Shown: one piece after another, positions 27,195-35,765 of the stretch
How the letters are laid out: every line of letters starts with the position of its first letter
Position numbering within the stretch: position 1 is the first letter of the stretch
DNA from: Bacteroidales bacterium
Lineage (GTDB): Bacteria > Bacteroidota > Bacteroidia > Bacteroidales > Marinilabiliaceae
Length of the DNA: 64,000 bases
Direction: 5' to 3'
Assembly (NCBI GenBank): GCA_012838865.1
Contig: DUOK01000233.1
Location: forward strand, 3,512-67,511
The notes under the pieces: model-generated
Databases searched by the model: none
The model's input: only the letters and a program-made list of their open reading frames with translations
Told to the model about the DNA's origin: nothing
Program-made: the position numbers and the translations under genes

Positions 27195-28994
27195 TTAAAA
27201 TTCTTGCAATTCAACCATCTTTCTGAAACGGGGCGAACGCTCCTGCAGGGTCTCAAAGGTGCCCGAAGCGGCAATCTCTCCATTGTCGAGCAAATAGATT
27301 TCATCGGCTTTGCGCACGGTGGAAAGCCGGTGAGCGATGATAACAATGGTGTACTTGCCCTTCAGGGCATTGATGTTGCCCTGAATGATGCGCTCATTCT
27401 CCGTATCCAGCGCAGAAGTCGCCTCATCCATCAGCAAAAGCGAGCAATCGCGGTACAACTCGCGGGCGATGGAAATCCTTTGCTTTTGTCCCCCGGAGAT
27501 CAATACCCCGTTGTCGCCCAGCATCGCATCCTCCCGGTTCGGCATATTCTCAATGGTAGTGGTGAGTGCGGTTTTTTCCATCACCTCCCAAAACTTTTGA
27601 AGATTTTCCGGGGTCTTTTCTGCCCCGAAAGTCACGTTATTAAACACCGTGTCGTTAAATACCACCGGTTCCTGGGTAATGTAGCCAATCATGCGTCGCA
27701 GACTCCGGACCTTGTCGTTGCCCAAAGGTACGCCGTCGATAAGCAATTGGCCTTCCTGGGGCAGCAACAAACCCGCCAGCATATTCACCAGCGTGGTTTT
27801 CCCCGAGCCGCTTTCACCGACAAAGGCAACTGTTTTGTTTTTGGCAATACAAAGCGAAATGCCGTTGAGCACCTTGCGATCGGGCGCCCCGGGATAGGCA
27901 AAAACCACCTTGTCAAAGCGCAAATCTTTTTGGAGCGGGGGCAATTCTGTTTGTTCCCGGCATTCGGCCTTGGCTTCAAACTCATCGTAAAGCTCACTCA
28001 CCGTTTTAATGCCTCCGGAACTGACCAGGAAACTTTGCCAGGAACTTTGCAGGGAGAGGAGACTCACCAGTGAGCGGTAGAAAAACATCAATATCAGGGC
28101 AATACTGAACATCGAGACTTCAAAAACCACCACCTGGACAAAAATCACCCCTGCTACAATGGCGATGGTTACGGGCTCGCGCAAGGAGCCCGAAATCGCA
28201 TTCAGTTTGCCCATTTTCATCGTCAGATCTTCCACCTCATTAACCAGGCCCTCCAGCTTGTGCCTGTAGCGGGAAATCAGATCGGTGGCTTTCAGGTACT
28301 TAAAATTCCACACCGACTCCAGCACCTTCGATTGCAGTCCATTGCCAATATAGGATTGCATCAACGAAGAAGTTTCTACCTTCTTGTTGATGTATTTGTA
28401 GATGATTCCACTTAGGAGTCCCGCAAGCGTAGTCAACAAAGCAAAACGAAAATCGGCCAGAAAAGCCAAAGCCAGGTAACCGAAAAGCGTAATCAAAGCC
28501 TGCAAGGTGCTGAGATAAGCCAGCAAAGCACTTCCAGCTTTTCCAATTTCTCCGGTAATTACATTCTGAATGCGCCCCAGATCAATATTCACAAAGGCAG
28601 GGTAACTGATGTTGCAGAGTCCGTTGATCAATTGCATCCGCATCCGCTTCATAAAGCGCACCCTAATCTGTACCGAAAAGAAATGGTCCACAAAAGTTAC
28701 CAGGCCCTTAAAGGAAAACATCAGAATCATAAACAGGAGAATGGTGCCAACGGTGATGCTGAGTCCCAAGCGGGCAAAACCATCGACAACAAAACTGAGC
28801 TTACCCAAATCTGCCGTAGCGGCGTTGCCTGATTCTGCGACCTGAAAAAGGGGGATAAACAGGGCCAGACCAATGCCATCGAGCAGGGCAACAAAAGCGC
28901 TTAAAGCCAAAAGTACCGGAATACGCCAACGCAAGCGCTGGTAGTAAAAGAAGAAATATTTCACGGCACTTAAAGAACGAAAGTAAGCCAGCAT
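27195..28994 (-). CDS. ABC transporter permease/ATPase, PglK/MsbA-like lipid-linked glycan flippase
   Basis: Six-TM N-terminal domain, GESGSGKTT, ISGGQKQR, LLMDEATSALD, IAHRLST. Confidence 0.88.
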   Translation of the reverse strand: MLAYFRSLSAVKYFFFYYQRLRWRIPVLLALSAFVALLDGIGLALFIPLFQVAESGNAATADLGKLSFVVDGFARLGLSITVGTILLFMILMFSFKGLVTFVDHFFSVQIRVRFMKRMRMQLINGLCNISYPAFVNIDLGRIQNVITGEIGKAGSALLAYLSTLQALITLFGYLALAFLADFRFALLTTLAGLLSGIIYKYINKKVETSSLMQSYIGNGLQSKVLESVWNFKYLKATDLISRYRHKLEGLVNEVEDLTMKMGKLNAISGSLREPVTIAIVAGVIFVQVVVFEVSMFSIALILMFFYRSLVSLLSLQSSWQSFLVSSGGIKTVSELYDEFEAKAECREQTELPPLQKDLRFDKVVFAYPGAPDRKVLNGISLCIAKNKTVAFVGESGSGKTTLVNMLAGLLLPQEGQLLIDGVPLGNDKVRSLRRMIGYITQEPVVFNDTVFNNVTFGAEKTPENLQKFWEVMEKTALTTTIENMPNREDAMLGDNGVLISGGQKQRISIARELYRDCSLLLMDEATSALDTENERIIQGNINALKGKYTIVIIAHRLSTVRKADEIYLLDNGEIAASGTFETLQERSPRFRKMVELQEF

Positions 28995-29371
28995 ATTAAT
29001 TGGTCATTTGTGGGTTAGTTGTTTTACAGTTTGGCACGGCTCCGCCTCCCTCAGTCCCATAAACAGAGGCAGGTTTTCCCTTTGAAACATCAGCTAAGTT
29101 AGCACTCACTGCCCTAACTTTTTTTAAATTATGATTAACCCGTGGAATCCTTTGCCAAAGATGAATTTTCACACGACGAACGAAAAGCTGTTTAAACATT
29201 GGGCTTTTTTAGTCCACAAAAGCCCTGATTATCATATATCAGTAAAAATGTTTGCTTGGTCGATAATCATCCGGCACCGGTCAAAAACCAAAACGGAGCT
29301 ATGAACAAATCGCCTATCTTGGTTCCGCACCTTCGGCCCCAACCCTACGCTAAATCAAAAGGTATGTAGTT

Positions 29372-30526
29372 ATGGATAAACAACGCATTAAAGTAGCCAT
29401 CGCAGGAACGGGCTGCGTGGGAAGAGGCCTGGCCTTGCTCCTGAGCAATTTGCCCGACTTTGAACTTACGGGCATTCTCACGCGCCGCAAAGGCCCCATC
29501 AGCGATTTGCTGGTCAATCAGGCCCTGGTGACCAATAATGCCCACCAAGTGATGGAAGGAACCGACGTTTTGGTGGTCAGCACCGGCGATGTGGTTTATT
29601 CCACCGAAATCATCCGTTTGGCCTTCAGCTATAAGCTCCCCGTAGTAACCATGGATGCCGATACCCAAATTGTAAGCGGCTCGTGGCTGGCCAAGCAGGG
29701 CCGACTGACCGAAGCAGAGGGCGATCAGCCCGGCTGTCTGGCGGCACTGAAAGAGGAAGTTACGGCCATGGGCTTCCAGCCCTTGGTTCTGGGCAACATC
29801 AAAGGCTTTCTGAACCAGAACCCGACCATGGAAGAAATGTCCTTTTGGTCGAAGAAACAAGGCTTTTCCTTACACAGTGTGACTTCTTTCACCGACGGCA
29901 CCAAGCTGCAAACCGAACAGTGCCTGGTGGCCAACGGATTGGGCGCCGATATACTAAGACAGGGACTCACCGGCGAACACATCGACGACTTGCAAACGGG
30001 CGCGTTTCGCCTGGCTGAGCAGGCCAGTGCTGCCGGCAAAATCATCAGCGATTACATCATTTCCCCAACGGCCCCTCCCGGGGTATTTATTGTGGCGGAA
30101 CACGACCCAGCTTTGGCCGGCGGATTAAAAGCCTACAAAATGGGCGACGGCCCCTATTACCTGCATTACAAGCCCTACCACCTCTGTTACTTTGAAGTAC
30201 CCAAAACCATTCGCCGCTTCGTCCACGAGCAACGGGGACTTCTCGACAATGGCAGCAAACCGCACACAGGCGTTGCTGCCGTAGCCAAAAGAGACTTGCA
30301 GACCGGCAGTTTCATTGATACGGGGATTGGTTCCCTGATGGTACGTGGCGAGGCAATGGAGTTAGCGGCACTGCCCAATATGGTACCGATCGGCCTCCTG
30401 AATCAGGCCTGGCTTAAAAAGAAGGTGGAAGCGGGACAAGTACTGACTTTCGACGATGTAGATATTCCGGAGAGCACAGCGCTCACGGCCTGGGAGGAGA
30501 CTATGGCCCTGCACAAAACCATTTAA
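29372..30526 (+). CDS. NAD(P)-dependent oxidoreductase, homoserine-dehydrogenase-like with C-terminal SAF domain
   Basis: IAGTGCVG Rossmann motif, AEGDQPG, GNIKGFLN, FTDGTKL, GDGPYY, VAKRDLQTG...DGIG (SAF). Confidence 0.8.
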   Translation: MDKQRIKVAIAGTGCVGRGLALLLSNLPDFELTGILTRRKGPISDLLVNQALVTNNAHQVMEGTDVLVVSTGDVVYSTEIIRLAFSYKLPVVTMDADTQIVSGSWLAKQGRLTEAEGDQPGCLAALKEEVTAMGFQPLVLGNIKGFLNQNPTMEEMSFWSKKQGFSLHSVTSFTDGTKLQTEQCLVANGLGADILRQGLTGEHIDDLQTGAFRLAEQASAAGKIISDYIISPTAPPGVFIVAEHDPALAGGLKAYKMGDGPYYLHYKPYHLCYFEVPKTIRRFVHEQRGLLDNGSKPHTGVAAVAKRDLQTGSFIDTGIGSLMVRGEAMELAALPNMVPIGLLNQAWLKKKVEAGQVLTFDDVDIPESTALTAWEETMALHKTI

Positions 30527-30532
30527 GAGCAG

Positions 30533-31573
30533 TTAATAATCGGAAGGCGTGGGCACGGGAACATCCACCCGAAAACGACGGGCTTTACGACTTAAAAAGG
30601 GATTCATCCATCGCAGCGGAAATCTCAGGTACCAGGAATAATAGCTGAAAGCTTTTTCCTCACTGGCGCCCTGCTGCTCTTTAAACCGTCGAAGGCCTTC
30701 TCCCCCTTGGGCTTCATTGGGAATTACGCCCAGATTGTAGTATATCTTGCCCTGGCTCTGGGCATACTTCGACAGCTCCAAAGCAACCAGACTGGGAATG
30801 CCCAATTCGTAAGCCTTATCGTCAGAACCCATCAACAGAAAGTACAATCCCGCTTCACTCTCCAAGGCAAAAAGAACGGTGCGTATTAAGCCCTCCTGTT
30901 TGGCCACGAACATTTTACCCAGGCCCGAATCCAGCACCCGCTCCAGGGAAGCTGCATCCATGCCCTGTATGTACATTGGATCGTAATCACATCCGTACTT
31001 ATCCCGCCGAGTGCTGCGTGTAGTATCCAGGAGCTCCATGAGGCGATGCAATACGGCCGAGGAGGTGTCGGACTCCACCACCACCCCGGCTTTTCTCGCC
31101 TTGGCTGCATTCCGTTTTAAGTTGGAGCTGATTTTGGGAGGTCCGTCCAGCGCAGAATAATTAATCACAAACTCATTCATGGCCTTATGATAAAAGCCGG
31201 GAACGGCCATGGGCTGGTCCTCCCGAAAGTCGAAGGCATGTAAAAAAATGCGTCCGCATTTTTTACTGCGTGCGTACTTCAACAGACTCCGCAAGCAAGT
31301 CTTACGCACCACTGCATCGTTTCCAAGGGTCAATAAGCCCGAGAAAAAATAAAGGTCCTTGTTAAATTTGAGGCGACTTTGAACCAACTGGCCGGCCAAC
31401 TTTCCCACCAACCCCAGCTGCGGGTCCTCAAAATGAAGAAAAAGCGCTTGCCGGTCCTTTCCGGCCATGGCATTGATCCAGGCCGAATGATGAAACACCC
31501 CGCCATGGAAATCCGTCATGGAAGCATCCCACTCGGCAGCATTCACCTCTGCAATCAGAATTTTTTCAGACAT
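30533..31573 (-). CDS. FemABX-like tandem-GNAT transferase (paralogue 3)
   Basis: KRNAAKARK, YYNLG...GEGLRRFKEQQG. Confidence 0.75.
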   Translation of the reverse strand: MSEKILIAEVNAAEWDASMTDFHGGVFHHSAWINAMAGKDRQALFLHFEDPQLGLVGKLAGQLVQSRLKFNKDLYFFSGLLTLGNDAVVRKTCLRSLLKYARSKKCGRIFLHAFDFREDQPMAVPGFYHKAMNEFVINYSALDGPPKISSNLKRNAAKARKAGVVVESDTSSAVLHRLMELLDTTRSTRRDKYGCDYDPMYIQGMDAASLERVLDSGLGKMFVAKQEGLIRTVLFALESEAGLYFLLMGSDDKAYELGIPSLVALELSKYAQSQGKIYYNLGVIPNEAQGGEGLRRFKEQQGASEEKAFSYYSWYLRFPLRWMNPFLSRKARRFRVDVPVPTPSDY

Positions 31574-31575
31574 AG

Positions 31576-32616
31576 CTATGGTTTCATCAATTTAACACGC
31601 AAACGCCTCAACAACAAAAGCAAGGGATTGAGCAAGCGGTGGGGAAAGCACAAAAAATTGGTGGTGGCACCATACACCCAACGCCTTTGTCCCCCACGGG
31701 CCTCCTTGCTTCTTTCCAGTCCGGCAGAGCCGGCATCTCCGGTGGCTCCGCCCAAATTGTATGCGCTGTAGCGCTGCAAGCGGTAACTTTCTATGAGCTG
31801 ATAATCGGCCAGTCCCGCCAGACCAAAACGGTAAGCCGCACTGTCTGATCCCACCAACAGATTAAAAGCGCGGCCCTCACGCTCCAGATTAAACAAAACA
31901 CAATTGGGAGTCGGAGCCCCGGGAAGCGTTACTTTATAATAGCGGCCAGCACCTTCCTTATAGAGTCTTTCCAGACTATTGCTGTTCAAAAGCGGTAAAT
32001 AAAAAGGATTGTAGGTCTCCCCGTATTTTGAGCTCCTCGTTTCAAGGGTCGCGCCCAACAAGTCCTCCAAGTCGGCCTGCAAATCCTCCCCTTCAGCCGG
32101 CCCAAAAAGCGCCTCCTTTTTCAGCGCCTTTTTCACATTGCGCTTGAAATTGGTACTGAAAACCGGCCCTTCGCCATTTAGGGGGACAACAAACTCACAG
32201 CGCTTGTTGACAAACCAACCTTTAACACCCGGGGCCATGCTGTGTTGCTGATCGTAAGAGGCCATAAGCATGCGTTGAATGCCCTTACTGCGCGCATAGG
32301 CAAGCAGGGCCGTACAACAGGCATCCAATAAATCCTGCCGGGTTTCCCCTAAAGCAGGCGAGGCATAGAACAACAAACTGCGCCCTTTGAGCCACCCATT
32401 CTGCTGCAGCACTCCGGATACCTTAGCCACCACGGTGTCGTCCTGCACAAAATCCAGAAAAACACGCTTTGCCTGCGTTCCGGCCATTGCCCGGACCCAT
32501 TCCGGGGTAAGGAAAAGACTGAAAGCAAAATCGTTCAAATTTCTCTCCCATACTTCGGGTCGGGCAGCGACAACTCTGAGGGGACTGTTTTTTCCTTCGG
32601 TAGCATTCTTCATCAA
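31576..32616 (-). CDS. FemABX-like tandem-GNAT transferase (paralogue 2)
   Basis: KRNVKKALKK, AYNLGG...AGLERSKEARG. Confidence 0.72.
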   Translation of the reverse strand: MMKNATEGKNSPLRVVAARPEVWERNLNDFAFSLFLTPEWVRAMAGTQAKRVFLDFVQDDTVVAKVSGVLQQNGWLKGRSLLFYASPALGETRQDLLDACCTALLAYARSKGIQRMLMASYDQQHSMAPGVKGWFVNKRCEFVVPLNGEGPVFSTNFKRNVKKALKKEALFGPAEGEDLQADLEDLLGATLETRSSKYGETYNPFYLPLLNSNSLERLYKEGAGRYYKVTLPGAPTPNCVLFNLEREGRAFNLLVGSDSAAYRFGLAGLADYQLIESYRLQRYSAYNLGGATGDAGSAGLERSKEARGGQRRWVYGATTNFLCFPHRLLNPLLLLLRRLRVKLMKP

Positions 32617-32620
32617 AGCA

Positions 32621-33682
32621 CTAAGAAAAATTAAATAAACGAATGATGCTGCGGCCGATGTTCAGCACGGGATGATCGGGGAGTTTCTTACTCAGCTTGA
32701 TAAAAGGATTAAGGATTTTATAGGGATAGGTCAGGAAGTAGGTATAATACCCATAACGCAGTATTTCCCGACCGCCTTGTGATTCCTTGTAGCGTTTTAG
32801 ACCTTCGCCGCCCTCACTTTCGAGGGGCACGGTACCCAAATTATAGTACAAGGCCCCTTCTTCGTGCGCTTTGGCCGAAATGGTTTTATCTATAAAGGAA
32901 GGGATTCCATGCCGATAAGCATAATCGTCGGAGCCCATCAGCAGAGCAAAAATGCGGCCCGCGTGCTCCAGATTGAACTGAACACTGTGAATCACCCCAT
33001 CCACCACAGCATAGTGCATAATGCCCATGCCGTTTTCAAGTAACTTCGTTAGGGTAGAGCGATTCAAATTTAGCAGATACATCGGATCGTAATTGTGCCC
33101 GTACTTCTCCTTCCTGGTCAGGCGGGTATTGTCCATCAACTCGAACATTCTTTCGAGTATTTCGAGGGAGCGACTGGAATGAAACTCAGCCCCAACCTTT
33201 CGGGCCTTCTTGGCATTTTGTTTGAAGCCAAAGCTGAGCTTGACCCGCTCTGGGTGTTCGGCAAAAACCACCACATATTCCTTGGCCAGGGTACTGAAGT
33301 AGTGCGGCAGTTCAAGACGCTCGTGCACTTCCTGCTCAAAGGGGCGTACATGCACCCTTGCGTAACCCTCCTTCAAGGCAAAGCGGTACAGCGTTTGCAA
33401 ACAAGCAGCAAAAAGTTCGGGCGACCACTGCTTTAAGCCCGGTCCGGATGTAAAATACAAATGACGCCCCTTCATTTTGCCCTGATTGAGCATAAATCCT
33501 GACAGCTTTCCTACGACTTCCTGCCCGCGGAGAAAGTGAAAATAAACATCACGGGTAAAATCATTGGTGAGCGCAGAAACCCATTGCCAGGTATTGAAGA
33601 GACCCACATTGTACAGGTCCATATCCTGCTTCCAATCAGACAGGTCTACCTGTTGAATAATTAACGACGCGTTATTGGGCAT
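32621..33682 (-). CDS. FemABX-like tandem-GNAT transferase (paralogue 1)
   Basis: KQNAKKARK, YYNLG...GEGLKRYKESQG. ATG at 33682 preferred to TTG at 33688. Confidence 0.75.
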   Translation of the reverse strand: MPNNASLIIQQVDLSDWKQDMDLYNVGLFNTWQWVSALTNDFTRDVYFHFLRGQEVVGKLSGFMLNQGKMKGRHLYFTSGPGLKQWSPELFAACLQTLYRFALKEGYARVHVRPFEQEVHERLELPHYFSTLAKEYVVVFAEHPERVKLSFGFKQNAKKARKVGAEFHSSRSLEILERMFELMDNTRLTRKEKYGHNYDPMYLLNLNRSTLTKLLENGMGIMHYAVVDGVIHSVQFNLEHAGRIFALLMGSDDYAYRHGIPSFIDKTISAKAHEEGALYYNLGTVPLESEGGEGLKRYKESQGGREILRYGYYTYFLTYPYKILNPFIKLSKKLPDHPVLNIGRSIIRLFNFS

Positions 33683-33798
33683 AATCAAGGATAGTTTCTT
33701 GCAAGATAAAAGGAATGCCCTTAGCTCCTTAATATTTTACACAACCGGCCCCAATTTGTTTACAAACAGCCCAAAAACGCCAATAGTCTGATTTACCA

Positions 33799-34530
33799 TC
33801 AAGCGTTTGGAAAACGTCCATAGACCAAAGCAACCCTTGCCCTTTCTCCCAGAAAGGAAGCACGCCGCATGATGGTCCTGAACCCCATCTTACGCGTTAA
33901 AACGTGCACTCTTTGATCCATAAGCGCGTGTCCCAACACCGCAACATAGCCCTGCTGCTGCGCTTCCATCCAGATGTGAATAACTGCGCGGGCCGACAGC
34001 CAGGCCCCCTGCTCGTCGGGCACAACCGAAATATTCTCCATATAAAAAGCGGAAAATTCGCCGTAGTGCGGATGCAGGCCCAATTCAAAGCCATATTCAA
34101 AGGGCGAATAAAATTCCAGGTAGGTCCCCAAAGTATAAGCCACCGGACGACCATCCCGGTAATACAAAAAACAAAGGGCCTGCTTTTTATTGAAATCAGC
34201 AAAACGCAAACGAAGACTCTCTGCATCAATCCGATTGCCCTCAGGGTAACACTGTTTCTCTACCTCCAGTATGTCGGCCAGACAGGCTTCAATATTCGCG
34301 GCAGAAACACGCAGCTCCTGAATACTTTCGGCAGTTCTTTCGCAACTGGTCAAATAGATTTTGTGGGCATAATCCATCAGCTCAGCATGGAGCGGAGGAG
34401 GCAGGGGGCTTTCCGTAAAACGAAGACGACCAAGGGTCAACCAACGGTACAAATTGCAGCGGGAACTGCGAAAGGGCAGATACAAATCGGCCCTATACAG
34501 ACATTCAGTAAGCGCAGTGTAAATACCCAT
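33799..34530 (-). CDS. GNAT-fold hypothetical protein
   Basis: ILEVEKQCYP, YYRDGRPVAYTLG, FYMENISVVPDEQG, TRKMGF. Starts 17 nt after the def stop. Confidence 0.55.
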   Translation of the reverse strand: MGIYTALTECLYRADLYLPFRSSRCNLYRWLTLGRLRFTESPLPPPLHAELMDYAHKIYLTSCERTAESIQELRVSAANIEACLADILEVEKQCYPEGNRIDAESLRLRFADFNKKQALCFLYYRDGRPVAYTLGTYLEFYSPFEYGFELGLHPHYGEFSAFYMENISVVPDEQGAWLSARAVIHIWMEAQQQGYVAVLGHALMDQRVHVLTRKMGFRTIMRRASFLGERARVALVYGRFPNA

Positions 34531-34547
34531 AGGCCTCTGCAGTTTTA

Positions 34548-35102
34548 CTACTTGGGCAAGCGAATTCGATAATCGGTGTGCACCTTACCAACGGTAATGG
34601 CGTTGAGTTTGCCCTTGATCAGACGCTTACGCAGGGGCGACAGGTAATCGACAAACAGCTTACCTTCGATGTGATCGTACTCGTGCTGCACAATGCGTGC
34701 CGCAAAACCTTCCAGGACCTCCTCCTGGGGCTGGAAATTTTCGTCCAGATACTTAATGCGGATACGGTGCGGCCGTGGCACTTCTTCACGAATGCCGGGG
34801 ATACTCAGGCAACCTTCAGAATCCCATTCCTTATCGGGTCCGTACTCCAATATTTCGGCATTGATAAAGGTCTTCTTAAATCCTTCCAGCTCGGGAAACT
34901 CATCGGCCATGGGACTGCCATCGATCACAAAGAGGCGAATGGCGAGACCTATTTGCGGTGCCGCCAGTCCCACTCCGTCGGAATGGTACATGGTTTCCCA
35001 CATATTCTTGTGCAATTCTTCAAAACCCTCGTAATCGGGTCCAATTTCGGCACCTACTTTACGCAGCACCGGGTGACCATATACATATATCGGTAACAGC
35101 AT
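34548..35102 (-). CDS. def: peptide deformylase
   Basis: [24 protein letters not shown]. Confidence 0.97.
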   Translation of the reverse strand: MLLPIYVYGHPVLRKVGAEIGPDYEGFEELHKNMWETMYHSDGVGLAAPQIGLAIRLFVIDGSPMADEFPELEGFKKTFINAEILEYGPDKEWDSEGCLSIPGIREEVPRPHRIRIKYLDENFQPQEEVLEGFAARIVQHEYDHIEGKLFVDYLSPLRKRLIKGKLNAITVGKVHTDYRIRLPK

Positions 35103-35135
35103 GGTAAAAAAATTAAATCTTTTCTCCTCTTCGCT

Positions 35136-35558
35136 TTAACGCCCCAAACTTTGGGTCTCCATCCAGGACTGTAAGATAATGGTGGCACTGATTTTATCGA
35201 CCATCGCCTTGTCCTGTCTGGCCTTTCGTCCCAGTCCCCCGTCAATCATCGTCTGAAAAGCCAGTTGACTGGTAAAGCGCTCGTCCATCCATTCAACAGT
35301 CATATGAGGAAACTTGTTCTTAAGACTGTTGACAAAGGGGCGGATATGGGCCATGGACTCGCTGTCGCTGCCGTCGCTCTGACGGGCATAGCCCACCACA
35401 AACAAATCGACCACTTCGCGCGACAGATATTGTTGTATATAGGGCAGCGCCTCATGAAACAACAAAGTGGTGAGTCCGTTGGCTATCAGCCGTGAGGGGT
35501 CGGTGACCGCCACGCCAATTCTTTTTTTCCCCACATCAAAAGCCATTACTCTGCCCAC
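35136..35558 (-). CDS. ruvX: Holliday junction resolvase RuvX/YqgF
   Basis: AFDVGKKRIGVAVTD, DERFTS, DKISATIILQSW. Confidence 0.95.
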   Translation of the reverse strand: MGRVMAFDVGKKRIGVAVTDPSRLIANGLTTLLFHEALPYIQQYLSREVVDLFVVGYARQSDGSDSESMAHIRPFVNSLKNKFPHMTVEWMDERFTSQLAFQTMIDGGLGRKARQDKAMVDKISATIILQSWMETQSLGR

Positions 35559-35602
35559 TGGTCCTTCGCTTTAAGACACTGATTATAACTGAAAACAAAA
35601 TA

Positions 35603-35610
35603 CAAAGGTA
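35603..35610 (-). promoter_or_regulatory. Bacteroidota -7 element TACCTTTG for ruvX-def
   Basis: Matches TAnnTTTG about 45 nt upstream of the ruvX start. Confidence 0.55.
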
Positions 35611-35700
35611 AGGAAAATACCCCAAAAGCAGCTGCAGGCATCCGGCAATTTACAGATACGGACTTCCAGGGATCCAAAACTTACGACCATCGCAGCGTCG

Positions 35701-35733
35701 AAAAAAGGGCGCCCTCCGACCGGAAGACGCCCT
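35701..35733 (-). terminator. intrinsic terminator after ppdK
   Basis: Minus-strand stem AGGGCGTCTTCC/GGAGGGCGCCCT (G-U pairs on minus) followed by a U-tract. Confidence 0.75.
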
Positions 35734-35765
35734 CTCTCTCAAAAAGAAACACAAAAAACACGGTC

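Noticed and set aside
6158-28073. Many long plus-strand ORFs (e.g. 6158-7057, 13652-14410, 15049-16071, 16150-17178, 17750-18745, 19297-20418, 20723-21667, 27168-28073)
   Set aside because: They are antisense shadows of well-supported minus-strand genes, expected from codon bias, and have no motifs of their own.
28996-29199. 67-aa ORF ending 1 nt before the ABC flippase start (possible leader peptide)
   Set aside because: No motif, no attenuator structure and an atypical composition. Coupling could be chance; ribosome profiling would be needed.
29201-29242. Short inverted repeats GGGCTTTT/AAAAGCCC and CTGAT/ATCAG in the divergent promoter region, considered as an invertible promoter or operator
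   Set aside because: The arms are too short and too close to flank a promoter, and no recombinase or UpxY gene is in the window.
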